A DNA stretch of 63,812 bases, the filler included, from an uncultured bacterium (GTDB lineage Bacteria > CAZSTA01): the NCBI GenBank assembly GCA_964609495.1. It is 3 parts of 3 records of this genome, joined end to end, with 100 filler letters (N's around TTAATTAATTAA, not from the genome) between each part and the next. Parts side by side here need not be neighbours in the genome. Positions count along the whole stretch, not along the records: positions 1 to 21,886 come from CAZSTA010000041.1; 2 more parts are not named here. One strand, 5' to 3'. A program made the position numbers and the translations under genes. Below are positions 1 to 10,275 of the stretch, in pieces (positions within the stretch are counted from its first letter, which is position 1; each line of letters starts with the position of its first letter). The notes below the pieces were generated by a model. That model searched no databases. It was not told the DNA's origin and worked only from the letters and a program-made list of their open reading frames with translations.

Positions 1-83
1 CTCGCTCGCCGTTGTGTAACGAATGCGTTCTGGCGGAGGAATGCGATTATTTTCAACGTCAACCACCCCTACCACAAGGGTAG
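1..83 (+). CDS. 3' end of probable endonuclease III / HhH-GPD glycosylase (partial)
   Basis: Frame from nt 3 reads RSPLCNECVLAEECDYFQRQPPLPQG*; the P-x-C-x2-C-x5-C spacing fits the C-terminal FES [4Fe-4S] motif of Nth/MutY. Confidence 0.6.
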   Translation, partial: RSPLCNECVLAEECDYFQRQPPLPQG

Positions 84-104
84 GGATTTTTACGCCAGTT
101 TTTT
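58..104 (+). mobile_element. Minimal non-autonomous IS200/IS605 (IscB-type) end element
   Basis: Starts GTCAACCACCCC (typical IscB/HEARO 5' end), single hairpin CCCTACC-ACAAG-GGTAGGG, then TTTTTACGCCAGTTTTTT followed by ATAAAA. Confidence 0.6.
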
Positions 105-144
105 ATAAAATTAGGTGAAGTTACTGCCTGTTTTGGTAGGTAGG

Positions 145-258
145 ATGAAGGATGGGGATAAGACAAAAGAGTAACTTATAAATGACTTGGTGGAAATGCA
201 TCAACGAATTACTGAATTGGAAGAATCAGAAATCGAGCGCAAGCGGATGGAAGAGAAA
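145..258 (+). pseudogene. Remnant of the N-terminal coiled coil of a PAS/sensor signalling protein
   Basis: MKDGDKTKE*LINDLVEMHQRITELEESEIERKRMEEK resembles the common KTKEQLINEL...ERKRAEE sensor N-terminus; in-frame TAA at 172-174 and no downstream domain. Confidence 0.55.
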
Positions 259-356
259 GGATGGATATTAGATAGTTAGGAGAGGACGCGAGAAAAAGCG
301 TTCTCTCCTTATATTTTGACATCATAGAAACTAACTTTTGTTAGTTGTGATTATAG

Positions 357-385
357 TTGACAGTTTTTCTTACATCTGTTATAAT
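357..385 (+). promoter_or_regulatory. sigma70/sigmaA promoter
   Basis: TTGACA-17nt-TATAAT with extended -10 TG. Confidence 0.75.
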
Positions 386-525
386 CTAATAAAGCTTGTT
401 TAAATATTTTTAGATTCATTGATAATTCAGTCTATATAATTTAATCTCCCCTTATTCCAGACTGACTATGATATTTTGGTAGGTTTTTCAAAGGGGTGGG
501 ATGAACTAAGGAGGGAGGGATATCT

Positions 526-1344
526 TTGTGTAGATTCTGCGCAGAACATAATTACGGGAAAAAGTGGTTTCTAAATCCTGAAAATTTTAAGGAGGACTTA
601 CTGGAGGATAAGTGGCGGATGAAGATAGTCTCCGCGATCAGCGGTTGGGATCTCGATTTTTATGTGGAGTGGACGAGCAAGTGGTCCTCTCGTGCGCAAT
701 GGCCTATTGTAGGAGGCCCGATAAAAGCGGCTTTGAATTCGATAGCTCCCCTCTTTCACGCAGGACAGGTGGTCAAGCTTGAGGATGCTTTGAAGATAGT
801 AGAGCTTGCTGATAAGCATGTTATCATGCCCTGTATATGTCGCCGAATGACAGGGGCTAAGGAGGAGATGAATTGTATCCAATTCGGGCCGATAAAGGAA
901 TTATTCGGTAGAAAGAAGCCCGAAGAAAAGATGGAGGAGTTGACCTTAGATGAGATCAAGGATGTGATCAAGAGGTGTGCGAAGAAGGGATATGTCCAGC
1001 AGGTGTTATACGCTAAATGGCCTTACCCAATAGCTCTTTGCAACTGCGATATCAAATATTGCACCTCGATGAAACAGAGATTTGTTTTTGGAATTGCTTC
1101 GGCTTGCTTAAAAGGTTATGAGGTGTGTGTTGTAGATACAGATAGATGCGATGGTTGTGAGGGAGATCCTCAATGTGTATCCAAGTGCCAATTCAATGCT
1201 CTTCGCTGGCTACCTACGGACAACAAGGTGGTCTGCGATCCTAATCTTTGCTTTGGCTGTGGCCTCTGTCGTCTGGCTTGTCCCACAGGTGCGTTAAGTT
1301 TGAAACCCAGAGAGGAAGTTTTAGCGGCTAAGGGAACATATTAA
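526..1344 (+). CDS. 4Fe-4S dicluster-binding protein
   Basis: PCICR and CNCDIKYC motifs plus C-terminal CDGC...CVSKCQF and CFGCGLCRLACP ferredoxin motifs; GGAGGG SD. Confidence 0.8.
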   Translation: MCRFCAEHNYGKKWFLNPENFKEDLLEDKWRMKIVSAISGWDLDFYVEWTSKWSSRAQWPIVGGPIKAALNSIAPLFHAGQVVKLEDALKIVELADKHVIMPCICRRMTGAKEEMNCIQFGPIKELFGRKKPEEKMEELTLDEIKDVIKRCAKKGYVQQVLYAKWPYPIALCNCDIKYCTSMKQRFVFGIASACLKGYEVCVVDTDRCDGCEGDPQCVSKCQFNALRWLPTDNKVVCDPNLCFGCGLCRLACPTGALSLKPREEVLAAKGTY

Positions 1345-1577
1345 TGAACTTCCGAGTAAAGGTTAAGAAGTGTGACCCTGGGGCTTGTGGATATCGTTGC
1401 CTGAAGGTATGCCCAACTGGCGTTTTTCTATGCGCTCCACAAGGCGGATTTGTTCTTCTCAGGGATCAATTACCCCGAGGATTTAAGATTATCCCCAGAT
1501 TTGCCAGCTTATGTATTGGATGTCGGAAATGTGTAGAGGTTTGCCCAGAAAATGCTATTGAGATTCGCGAAAAGTGA
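1344..1577 (+). CDS. Small 4Fe-4S ferredoxin
   Basis: CLKVCP and CIGCRKCVEVCP motifs; TAATG coupling to the upstream gene. Confidence 0.85.
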   Translation: MNFRVKVKKCDPGACGYRCLKVCPTGVFLCAPQGGFVLLRDQLPRGFKIIPRFASLCIGCRKCVEVCPENAIEIREK

Positions 1578-1621
1578 GGGAAAGCCCGCTTTATAGGAAT
1601 TATTAGATCGGAGTGATTTAG

Positions 1622-2323
1622 TTGGGAATTGTAGATAATTTGGTCTTGGTAAGGGAGCGGATAAGGATGGCGGCTCAGAGAGCGGGTCGTGATGCTCGTG
1701 AGATCAAGCTCATCGCAGCGACAAAAACGATCCCTGTTCCTTTGATCGAAGAGGCTATATCCGCTGGGATCATTGATATAGGTGAAAATAGAATACAAGA
1801 TGCTCAAGCCAAATATCCCCATATCGGCAATAAAGTGCAGTGGCATATGATCGGGCATCTTCAGACTAATAAAGTGAAATATGCGGTGCGGATGTTCGAT
1901 ATGATTCAGTCGGTGGATAGTCTTCGTCTAGCTCAAGAGATATCTAGGAGGGCGCTCGAAGCTCAGAGGAGGATAGATATTCTAATAGAGGTTAAGGTCT
2001 CTCCTGAAAGCACTAAGTTCGGGATAGAGCCTGAGGATGCCTTGAGTTTCGTTCGAGAAATATCAGAGCTAGAGGGGATAAGTGTAAAAGGACTGATGGC
2101 CCTCGCTCCTTTAGCTGATGATCCAGAGAAAATTCGTCCCTATTTCGCTCAAATGAGAGACTTAGCGGATATGATCGCCGGAGAGGGAATACCTGGGGTG
2201 GAGATGAGATATCTATCTATGGGGATGACGAACGATTTTGAGGTGGCTATCGAAGAGGGAGCGAATATGGTGAGATTAGGGACTGCCATTTTTGGACCGA
2301 GAAGAGGCGAGAATAGAAAATAG
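1622..2323 (+). CDS. yggS: PLP homeostasis protein YggS
   Basis: AATK, GENRIQ, WHMIGHLQTNK, LSMGMTNDFEVAIEEGANMVRLG motifs. Confidence 0.95.
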   Translation: MGIVDNLVLVRERIRMAAQRAGRDAREIKLIAATKTIPVPLIEEAISAGIIDIGENRIQDAQAKYPHIGNKVQWHMIGHLQTNKVKYAVRMFDMIQSVDSLRLAQEISRRALEAQRRIDILIEVKVSPESTKFGIEPEDALSFVREISELEGISVKGLMALAPLADDPEKIRPYFAQMRDLADMIAGEGIPGVEMRYLSMGMTNDFEVAIEEGANMVRLGTAIFGPRRGENRK

Positions 2324-2351
2324 AATCCCAGCACAGGGGGTGAGAGGGCAA

Positions 2352-2786
2352 GTGTTTCGCAGACTATTAGAGGTATTAGGTTTTGCTGAGGAGGAAGAGG
2401 GGGAATTTGAAGAAGAGGAGTTTGAAGGAGAACGTCATTTAAGAGTGGTGGGGGGTATGAAAAGTATTTCTAAACAACAATTAGATATCATAATAGTCAA
2501 GCCAGTGTCCTTTGAGGAAGCCAGAAGTTTCGCGGATAATCTGAAGGATGGAAAGATCGTTATTATGAATTTGGAGGATGCAGATAAGGACACCGCGAAA
2601 CGATTCATAGATTTTGCTAGTGGACTTACTTATGCTTTAAATGGTCATCTTTATCCTATAGGGAAGGATATATTTCTCTTTACTTCTGGGAGTGTAAAAA
2701 CCTCTTTACCCCCTGGTAAAGAGGGGGAAGGTAAATTCAAAGCTGATACCTTGCTCTCTCAAGAGGAGAAATCATCTAAAAGCTAA
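2352..2786 (+). CDS. sepF: Cell division protein SepF
   Basis: PVSFEEARSFADNLK...RFIDFASGLTYALNG; yggS-sepF-yggT synteny; GTG start at 2352 chosen over the ORF-track start. Confidence 0.9.
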   Translation: MFRRLLEVLGFAEEEEGEFEEEEFEGERHLRVVGGMKSISKQQLDIIIVKPVSFEEARSFADNLKDGKIVIMNLEDADKDTAKRFIDFASGLTYALNGHLYPIGKDIFLFTSGSVKTSLPPGKEGEGKFKADTLLSQEEKSSKS

Positions 2787-2809
2787 ACAGAAAAGGAGAG
2801 GGAGAAAAT

Positions 2810-3061
2810 ATGTATGGATTATTTAGGCTAATTGACACCTTGCTTTGGCTCTTCGAGATCGTCCTGCTGGTTAGGGTGATTATGTCCTGGTTTAGAGTCG
2901 ATCCTTATCATCCTGTAGTTCGCTTCATTTATCAGATTACAGAGCCTGTGCTAGCTCCAGTCCGAAATATCCTCGCCCCTTATCAGCGAAGTGTCCCTCT
3001 TGATTTCTCACCCTTAGTAGTTTTCATCCTAATAGATATAATTCGCCGAATCATCTTCTAG
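2810..3061 (+). CDS. yggT: YggT family membrane protein
   Basis: RVIMSWF...ITEPVLAPVR...DFSP signature. Confidence 0.9.
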   Translation: MYGLFRLIDTLLWLFEIVLLVRVIMSWFRVDPYHPVVRFIYQITEPVLAPVRNILAPYQRSVPLDFSPLVVFILIDIIRRIIF

Positions 3062-3073
3062 CAATAGATCTTT

Positions 3074-3379
3074 ATGGTGAGTATGATGATACCTATTAGT
3101 GAAACTAGGGATGGGCTTAGTTTCAAGGTCAAAGTATATCCTAAATCTTCTAAGAATGAGATCGTGGGGGCTAAAGGGGATGCTCTGGGAGTAAAGATCA
3201 CTGCGGCTCCTACTAAGGGGAAGGCTAATAGCTCTTGTATAGCTCTTCTAGCTGATGAATTCTCTCTCTCCAAATCTCAGATAGAGATAGTGAGGGGAAG
3301 AATATCCCGAAATAAGGTCATTAGGATCAAAGGTATATCTAGGGAAGATTTGGAGACGATCTTGAGTAGATACTTATAG
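3074..3379 (+). CDS. DUF167 (YggU/UPF0235) protein
   Basis: [12 protein letters not shown]...AAPTKGKAN...SRNK. Confidence 0.9.
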   Translation: MVSMMIPISETRDGLSFKVKVYPKSSKNEIVGAKGDALGVKITAAPTKGKANSSCIALLADEFSLSKSQIEIVRGRISRNKVIRIKGISREDLETILSRYL

Positions 3380-3389
3380 GAGGAGTATA

Positions 3390-4422
3390 TTGGAAACTAT
3401 TGAGTGGGATAATGATATGGTGAAGATGATAGATCAGACTAAGTTACCTCTGGAGGAGGTAACTTTAGAGTGCAGAAGTTATCAGGAGGTAGCCGAGGCG
3501 ATCAGGTCTATGAAGATAAGGGGAGCGCCAGCGATCGGAGTGGCTGCCGCCTTCGGGATAGCTTTAGCCACTAAGAAGATAGAGGCTCTCAATGGGGATG
3601 ATTTCTTGAGGGAACTCCAGAAGATAGCGGAAGTTATGTCTAAAACTAGACCGACCGCGGTCAATCTCTTCTGGGCGATAGAACGGATGATCAAGGTGGC
3701 GAAGGAGAATAAAGATCGGGATGTCTCCGAGATAAAAGATGTATTAGTTCAAGAGGCTCTATCGATCTATGGGGAGGATATAGAGATCAACAAAAGCTTG
3801 GGCAAAAATGGTGCGTCTCTAATAGGTGAAAGCGCTACGATCCTCACTCATTGTAACGCTGGAGCTTTAGCCACCGCGGGATATGGCACAGCTCTGGGAG
3901 TAATTCGCGCCGCTTGGGAGGAGGGCAAGGATATCAGGGTCTTCGTGGATGAGACCAGACCCTTTTTGCAAGGGGCTCGCCTCACCGCTTGGGAGATGGT
4001 TAAAGAGGGGATCCCCGCTACTTTGATAACCGATAATATGGCTGGCTATTTTATGAGCAGAGGAGAGGTCGATCTGATCATCGTAGGAGCGGATCGGATC
4101 GCGGCTAATGGTGATACCGCTAATAAGATCGGCACCTATACCTTGGCGGTGTTGGCGAAGGAGAACGGCATCCCCTTCTATATAGCGGCTCCGTTATCGA
4201 CTATCGATCTATCCTTGGATTCGGGAGAGGAGGTCCCGATAGAGGAGAGAAATCCAGAGGAGGTATTATATATCGCTGGGAAGCGGATAGCTCCTGAGGG
4301 GATAGAGGTAGCTAATCCGGCCTTCGATGTTACTCCTAATCGCTATGTGAGTGCTATTATTACTGAGAAGGGAATTATAAGACCTCCTTATGCAGAGAAT
4401 TTAAGGAGGATTTTTGATCTCT
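3390..4422 (+). CDS. mtnA: S-methyl-5-thioribose-1-phosphate isomerase (3' end lost in N gap)
   Basis: [58 protein letters not shown]. Confidence 0.93.
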
Positions 4423-4528
4423 NNNNNNNNNNNNNNNNNNNNNNNNNNNNNNNNNNNNNNNNNNNNNNNNNNNNNNNNNNNNNNNNNNNNNNNNNNNNNN
4501 NNNNNNNNNNNNNNNNNNNNNNATATGG

Positions 4529-5602
4529 GTGAATAAAGTGCAAGTAGTAGAGATAGGTCCACTGGAGAGGGATGCTTGGAATAACTTCGTAACTTCAACC
4601 TCTCGCCCCTCGATTTTACAATCGTATGAGTGGGGAGAGTTTAAATCTCGCTTTGGTTGGCAGCCTCTTAGATTGATGATTAAAGATGGAAGTGGGATAA
4701 GAGGGGTTATATCTATCCTCATCAGGAGAGTTCCTTTTTTAAAAAGGACGATCTTCTATGCTCCTCGAGGTCCTATAATCGATTTCGAGGAAGAGGAGGT
4801 ATTTGAAACATTACTAGAGGCACTTTCTCAAGGGGCTTCGGAGAAAAGAGGGATATTCTTAAAGATCGATCCTGAGATAAAGGAGGATAGTGAGCGAGCT
4901 AAAGAGATTATAATAGCAAATGGGTTTAGAGCTTGTAGTTCGCAAGTTCAACCTCGCTGCACTTTTTTGATCGATCTCGACAAGGATGAGGATGAGCTAT
5001 TAAAGGGATTTAAGAGCAAGACGAGATATAATATCCGCCTAGCAGAACGAAAGGGAGTAAAGGTTGAGGAAGCTCATTCGGAGGAAGATATAGAGCGATT
5101 CTACAAGATATTACGAGAGACAAGCGCTAGAGATAAATTTTTGCTCCATAGTATCAAATATTATCAGGGGATTTGGGAGCTACTTCGAGCTAGGGATATG
5201 GCTTCTCTATTCTTAGCTCACTATCGAGGGGAGATGATCGCCGCTAGCTTAATCTTCAAATTTGGGGATTGGTGCTGGTATATGTATGGAGCATCCAGCC
5301 ATCACCATCGGGAGGTGATGCCCAATCAGGCTATCCACTGGTATATTATGAGGAAGATGAAGGAAGAGGGATATAAGACCTATGACTTGTGGGGAATCCC
5401 CTGCAACCCCCAGCCAGATCACCCCCTATGGGGGGTATATCGTTTCAAAGCGGGCTTTCAGGGAAGGTTGGTTAAGTTTATCGGAGCTTATGATCTCCCG
5501 TTCTCTCCACTCTATCGCTGTTGGGGTGGCTTAGAAACTACCTATAAGACAGCTCGCAGTCTCCTTTTCAAAGGGACAGTGGTAGATTCGTTGAGAGAAT
5601 AA
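4529..5602 (+). CDS. FemABX-family peptidoglycan bridge aminoacyltransferase
   Basis: LQSYEWGEFK, YAPRGP, LKIDP, KTRYNIRLAERKGV, YDLWG, GVYRFKAGF. Confidence 0.9.
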   Translation: MNKVQVVEIGPLERDAWNNFVTSTSRPSILQSYEWGEFKSRFGWQPLRLMIKDGSGIRGVISILIRRVPFLKRTIFYAPRGPIIDFEEEEVFETLLEALSQGASEKRGIFLKIDPEIKEDSERAKEIIIANGFRACSSQVQPRCTFLIDLDKDEDELLKGFKSKTRYNIRLAERKGVKVEEAHSEEDIERFYKILRETSARDKFLLHSIKYYQGIWELLRARDMASLFLAHYRGEMIAASLIFKFGDWCWYMYGASSHHHREVMPNQAIHWYIMRKMKEEGYKTYDLWGIPCNPQPDHPLWGVYRFKAGFQGRLVKFIGAYDLPFSPLYRCWGGLETTYKTARSLLFKGTVVDSLRE

Positions 5603-5608
5603 TTATAT

Positions 5609-6655
5609 TTAAAACCTCCAGTAATCTTGATGAACTTTCTGCACCACAGTTACTATCCTATCCACCCTTTCCTGGGCTAATCCCTTCAGAATTGAAATTT
5701 CTTCCCTAGCCACCTCGAAATTCCCTAATTCGGCTAGGGTAGCGGATACCGAAGGAGCTAGTCCCTTCCCATACCCACCTTCCAAGAGTAAAACTACCCC
5801 CCCCTCGCTGAACTTGTTAGCTAGAGCTTGAGCTATCTCAGCCATCTTGGCAAATCCTTCTTGAGTTACTAGCATCCCCCCTATGGGATCGGCGAAGTGG
5901 GAATCGTATCCGGCGGAGATCATAACTAATTCTGGCTCGAATTGTTCGGCGATGGGAATTAGGATCTCCTTGAAGACTTGGATATATCCTTTATCGCCTG
6001 TTCCAGCGGGGAGAGGCACATTAATAGTAAATCCCAATCCTTTTCCCTCTCCTATCTCGGAGTAATGACCGCTACCTGGATAAAAAGGGTATTGATGGGT
6101 GGAGAAGTAGAGGAGGGAAGGATCATCATAGAATATATCTTGGGTACCATTTCCGTGATGGAGATCCCAATCTACTATAAGGATACGCTTGATACCAAGT
6201 TCCTTTTGCGCATACTTAGCCGCGATAGCTATATTATTGAAGAGACAGAAGCCAGCCGCTTTATACCGATTGGAGTGATGACCGGGGGGACGCACCGCCG
6301 CAAAACCGATGTCTAGCTCATCACTTATCACTTTTTCTACCGCTGATATAGCCCCTCCTGCTGCCCAGAGTGCCACCTCATAGGAGTTTGAGCCAAAATC
6401 AGTTCCATCAAAAAGACGAGCTCCCCCACGTTGACATAGAGAATCTATCTTCTTTATATGTTCAGCGGTATGGACTAGAAGTATCTCCTCCACTTCCGCC
6501 TTTTTGGGCTTATAGCGAAGGATTTGATCTTTCCAATTCTGTTTCTCCAGATGAGATAATATAACTTTTAACCTGGCGGGAGATTCCGGATGAAAGGGGG
6601 AGGTAGTATGCTCTAGGTATATATCATCATATATAAAACCGATCTTTTTGGACAT
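5609..6655 (-). CDS. Zn-dependent histone deacetylase-family protein
   Basis: HPESPARL, RPPGHH, GFCLFNN, DWDLHHGNGTQ, SAGYDSH, LEGGY. Confidence 0.93.
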   Translation of the reverse strand: MSKKIGFIYDDIYLEHTTSPFHPESPARLKVILSHLEKQNWKDQILRYKPKKAEVEEILLVHTAEHIKKIDSLCQRGGARLFDGTDFGSNSYEVALWAAGGAISAVEKVISDELDIGFAAVRPPGHHSNRYKAAGFCLFNNIAIAAKYAQKELGIKRILIVDWDLHHGNGTQDIFYDDPSLLYFSTHQYPFYPGSGHYSEIGEGKGLGFTINVPLPAGTGDKGYIQVFKEILIPIAEQFEPELVMISAGYDSHFADPIGGMLVTQEGFAKMAEIAQALANKFSEGGVVLLLEGGYGKGLAPSVSATLAELGNFEVAREEISILKGLAQERVDRIVTVVQKVHQDYWRF

Positions 6656-6666
6656 AGGGATCTCCT

Positions 6667-7110
6667 TAATTTAAGTAGTTTCAAAAAGTTTCAGGGAGAA
6701 TTGTTTAAATCACCCTCCCCTCTTGGTCCTTGAACTTCTAATCGGGGCATCATATTCTTAGTTTTTCGCTAAGGGGGTTCAAGATGTGATTCCACTTCAC
6801 CCTATCCCTCTCCCCTGGTAGGAGAGGGGATTCTTGAGACCTGCGATTCCTTTTATTTCCTCCCTTGACGGGAGGGGGTTAGGGGAAGGTGTAAAGGAAA
6901 TTTTTGAACCTTGAGTTTTGTTCAAAGCAAAAGTTCCCTTTATCTAAGGTGGGTTCGAGATCTAACAGGAGAAAAATCTTCAATAGCCCGATTAATTTAG
7001 CAAAGACCAAGGGGGAGAGGAAAATAAAGAGAGTGGTCTTATCTCAATAAACCCTCTCCCCCTGTGGGAGAGGAAGAAACCAAAGAGGAAATCCCAATCG
7101 TGAGTCGAAG
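6667..7110. repeat. Composite cluster of REP-like hairpin repeats (family C) containing one family B palindrome
   Basis: CACCCTATCCCTCTCCCC..GGAGAGGGG hairpins, TTCGCTA..GTTCAAGAT and TTAAGTAGTTTCAAAA modules also found at 21987, 27255, 42088, 43140 and 56050. Confidence 0.8.
6892..6942. repeat. 51-bp palindromic repeat (family B)
   Basis: TAAAGGAAATTTTTGAACCTTGAGTTTTGTTCAAAGCAAAAGTTCCCTTTA. Confidence 0.85.
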
Positions 7111-7153
7111 ATACTCTCTATTAGAAAGTATCTATAATTTATGAATGGCAGGT

Positions 7154-9562
7154 TCACTTTAGCAGATAACCTCTAACTATAAGTTCTGCCGCCTCCTTGG
7201 GGATATCAGTCTTTAAGGTGAGATTCATCGTCTTTCCTATATCAGCCCTACCTATTTTGTATCTGAAGGCAACCCAGGAACAGGAACTCCAGATCAATTG
7301 ATCAGGAGTGTTTATAAAATTTATGATCTTATCATCAATCTTGGCTTCTAGCTTTATAGAATTCTGAGGAGTCCTAATCCTCCTCATCGGTTTGCCTTCG
7401 TGAATAAGGTTGACCGTGATTGCCAATATCTTATTCGTAGCGTCCTCGGGGATCGCTAGTTGGCTACTTCCTTCCCTCAACCCATCACCGCTATCCCGAA
7501 GTTCTACATTTATGTCAACTTTCTCGGAAGTTTGGGGAACGATCCCTTGCATTCCATATCTTGTTGCTACCAATTGAGCGAGATTATCAGCTACCTCTAA
7601 GACTGCCACTTCAGAGGGATATAGATTGATCTCGATCTCGTCTCCATAATTAAATATCTCAGGAGTATCAAAGATGAGCTTCCTATTTCTCGAATATATC
7701 TGTTTAAGTAATATCTCCTCCTCTTTGAACTCGGCTTTGAGGGCCAGGGTCTCGTCCAACTTCAGAGTTATATTCTTACTGGTGAGACTGGGATTACACA
7801 AGGTAATGAATCCGTGAGTGCCATATACGTTAGCATAGCCATATACCTCACCTTTACCGGGCATTCCTAAGATCGCCTTGGTATTAGAGAAGCATTCGAC
7901 GTTATCATTGAATAGCTTCATAGCTGCGCTTAAGAACTCTCGATCGCTATCATCCAAAAGCCTTAGATCTCCGTAGAAGTGAGGTTTCAAATTTCCTCTA
8001 CTGAGCGATAGGATGAAGGCTTCCCTCCAGCCCTCCCCCTCTAGCCAGTAGATAGTCCCCGTCTTTCCGATCATAATTCCGTGATCATCAGTCATATACC
8101 AGGGGATCAAGGAGCGAGAGAATAATCTAGCTTGGTGATCTTGGTAGTAGTTGATCGAATCCCTCAAGCTCAAGCTTGGAATCTCGGAGGGGCGAGGATC
8201 ACCTGCATAGAGGAAGTCGATGAAGGTCAGCCACCAGGGAGATATAGGGAATTTATCTCCCTCGATGATCGTCGTTACTATTCCCCAACCCTCTACAAAA
8301 CCATTATAAGCTAGGACTACTAGCTCTGGATTCTCCTCCCTAGCCTCCCTCAAAATATCCATCAAGACATCCACCGATTTCTCTCGGGAGTATTTACCCG
8401 TCCGATGTCCGTGTTCCTCATTATTGCACTCGAACATCGCAAAATCAAATTTGATCATCCCTAATTTATGATTTTCGATGTGATAGCGGAATGATTTTCT
8501 GAGGGTCTCCTCATACTCCGGGGTATTAAGACAAAATCTTCCCCGGTGATTTTTGCAATGTTCCAATGCCTTATTCTCTAGCACCCCACCGGTGGTATCG
8601 AACCAAAGTCCCAGCTTGAGTCCTAGCTCTTGTATCCGCTTGGAGGCGCAATCGAATCCCTCGGGCCAATATCTATCATCGAACTTTATATAATCAGCCG
8701 CGGGATCGAACCAGAAAGCATCCATCAGGTAGTAGTCGAATTTGATTCCCCAGCGCTCAGCTAGATATTCCAAGTGATCTAACAACTCTAGGGTCAATTC
8801 CTCCGTAAGGTGGATATTATCGGATAGCTCGTCATGGGCTGCCCAATCACCGAAGATTCGACAGGGGACTTTCCTCCTTACCGCGATCCTTTCCACATAT
8901 CTCTTAAAGGTATCCTCCAGACTCTCCTCGGTTCTTATCCCCATAACAGTGCTTTTGCTTCGGTAACTTTCCCCACCCTTGAGGGTAACTCCTGGAAAAT
9001 GAGTTAATCGTATATTATTATGCTCGTAGTTATTCGAGCTGTAAGGAAATTCCAAGCCAAGGAATAATTGATCCTCAACGAAGACGGGTTGTCCCTCTCC
9101 ACCTCTGGATACATAGCTCTTGAGCTTTAAGTTCTCCACATCGATATTGAGTAGCAGTATCTCTTCCTCCCCCTCATTCTTAATCTCTAAGCATTTATGA
9201 AGATAAAAATCGGGGGTTGTTAATCGATAGTGAATAGATATGGAGAGATTATGGGCATCGTTCTTGAGATTTAGGGAGAGTTGACTGCCATCTTGATCGA
9301 ATGTTGAATCCTCTATTGAGAGTAGCTCACAATCAATATTAGAAATGGAGAAGGGATTCCCATCTTTATCCTCGAAGTATAGGGTGAATTCAGGAGATGA
9401 TTGGAATCTAGTCGCTTTATCGAGCAATTTGTTGGTGATGGAAACCGTGCTGAATCTCTCCTCATCAAGTCCAAGCTGAAGCTCCAGGTATCTATTACCT
9501 ATAGCTACATACCCTTCCGAACGAAATATATATGCCTCTTCCATCAGGCTATCTCCTTTCAC
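7154..9562 (-). CDS. Putative glycoside hydrolase, alpha-galactosidase-like (GH36/GH27-type TIM barrel)
   Basis: MDAFWFD, RYWPEG, LGLKLGLWF and MIKFDF motifs in an 802 aa ORF. Confidence 0.6.
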   Translation of the reverse strand: MKGDSLMEEAYIFRSEGYVAIGNRYLELQLGLDEERFSTVSITNKLLDKATRFQSSPEFTLYFEDKDGNPFSISNIDCELLSIEDSTFDQDGSQLSLNLKNDAHNLSISIHYRLTTPDFYLHKCLEIKNEGEEEILLLNIDVENLKLKSYVSRGGEGQPVFVEDQLFLGLEFPYSSNNYEHNNIRLTHFPGVTLKGGESYRSKSTVMGIRTEESLEDTFKRYVERIAVRRKVPCRIFGDWAAHDELSDNIHLTEELTLELLDHLEYLAERWGIKFDYYLMDAFWFDPAADYIKFDDRYWPEGFDCASKRIQELGLKLGLWFDTTGGVLENKALEHCKNHRGRFCLNTPEYEETLRKSFRYHIENHKLGMIKFDFAMFECNNEEHGHRTGKYSREKSVDVLMDILREAREENPELVVLAYNGFVEGWGIVTTIIEGDKFPISPWWLTFIDFLYAGDPRPSEIPSLSLRDSINYYQDHQARLFSRSLIPWYMTDDHGIMIGKTGTIYWLEGEGWREAFILSLSRGNLKPHFYGDLRLLDDSDREFLSAAMKLFNDNVECFSNTKAILGMPGKGEVYGYANVYGTHGFITLCNPSLTSKNITLKLDETLALKAEFKEEEILLKQIYSRNRKLIFDTPEIFNYGDEIEINLYPSEVAVLEVADNLAQLVATRYGMQGIVPQTSEKVDINVELRDSGDGLREGSSQLAIPEDATNKILAITVNLIHEGKPMRRIRTPQNSIKLEAKIDDKIINFINTPDQLIWSSCSWVAFRYKIGRADIGKTMNLTLKTDIPKEAAELIVRGYLLK

Positions 9563-9577
9563 TACTTCGAGAGAAGA

Positions 9578-10102
9578 TTAGAGATTTACCTCCTCATCTG
9601 CGTAGGCGGCTAATATCTCTCCATAGTAGATCTTATGGAAGTCTCCAGCAGGATATGCACTGGAGACGATCTCTCGAGCTAGTTCGCTATTTAGGACATC
9701 ATTTTTGTGGATGCTACGACATTCATAGTGAATCACACACTTATCTATGATCGGAGCGTTAACGACTCTTCCGGGACTTATGGAGATATTATGCTCAGCG
9801 AGTTTATCATGATCTCGCCCGGAGAAGCCACCACTAAAGGCGGTAAATTTCGCCAGCTCCTTCGGGGGTACATTAACAGTGAAATCTCCGTTCTCCTCGA
9901 TGAGTTTAAAGGTATAACGAGAAGGACGAACCAGGACGGTGAAGATCTTCCTTCCCCAAATTATGCCGATCATCCCCCAGCCTATCGTCATAACGTTGGG
10001 CTTCCCATCATTACCCTGGGATACTAATAGCGCTCCTCCACTGCTCAAAGCTTTTAAGGTCTCCTTAATATAATCGGTATATCCTATAGCGACCTTGGCC
10101 AT
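9578..10102 (-). CDS. Flavin reductase family protein
   Basis: PNVMTIGWG, VRPSRYT, FTVNVP, SGRDHDK, HKIYYGEI. Confidence 0.9.
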   Translation of the reverse strand: MAKVAIGYTDYIKETLKALSSGGALLVSQGNDGKPNVMTIGWGMIGIIWGRKIFTVLVRPSRYTFKLIEENGDFTVNVPPKELAKFTAFSGGFSGRDHDKLAEHNISISPGRVVNAPIIDKCVIHYECRSIHKNDVLNSELAREIVSSAYPAGDFHKIYYGEILAAYADEEVNL

Positions 10103-10275
10103 ATAAATGCCCTCCTTATGAAGTGATTTTATCCTTCTATCCTTTTAGACCAGTTAAGGTTATCCCCTGAATAAATGTTCTCTGAGTGAGGAAGAATAAG
10201 ATTATCACCGGTAGAATTACCATAGTTGAAGCGGCCATCAACATATGAGCTATCATCCTTTCTCTAATCGGAGCA

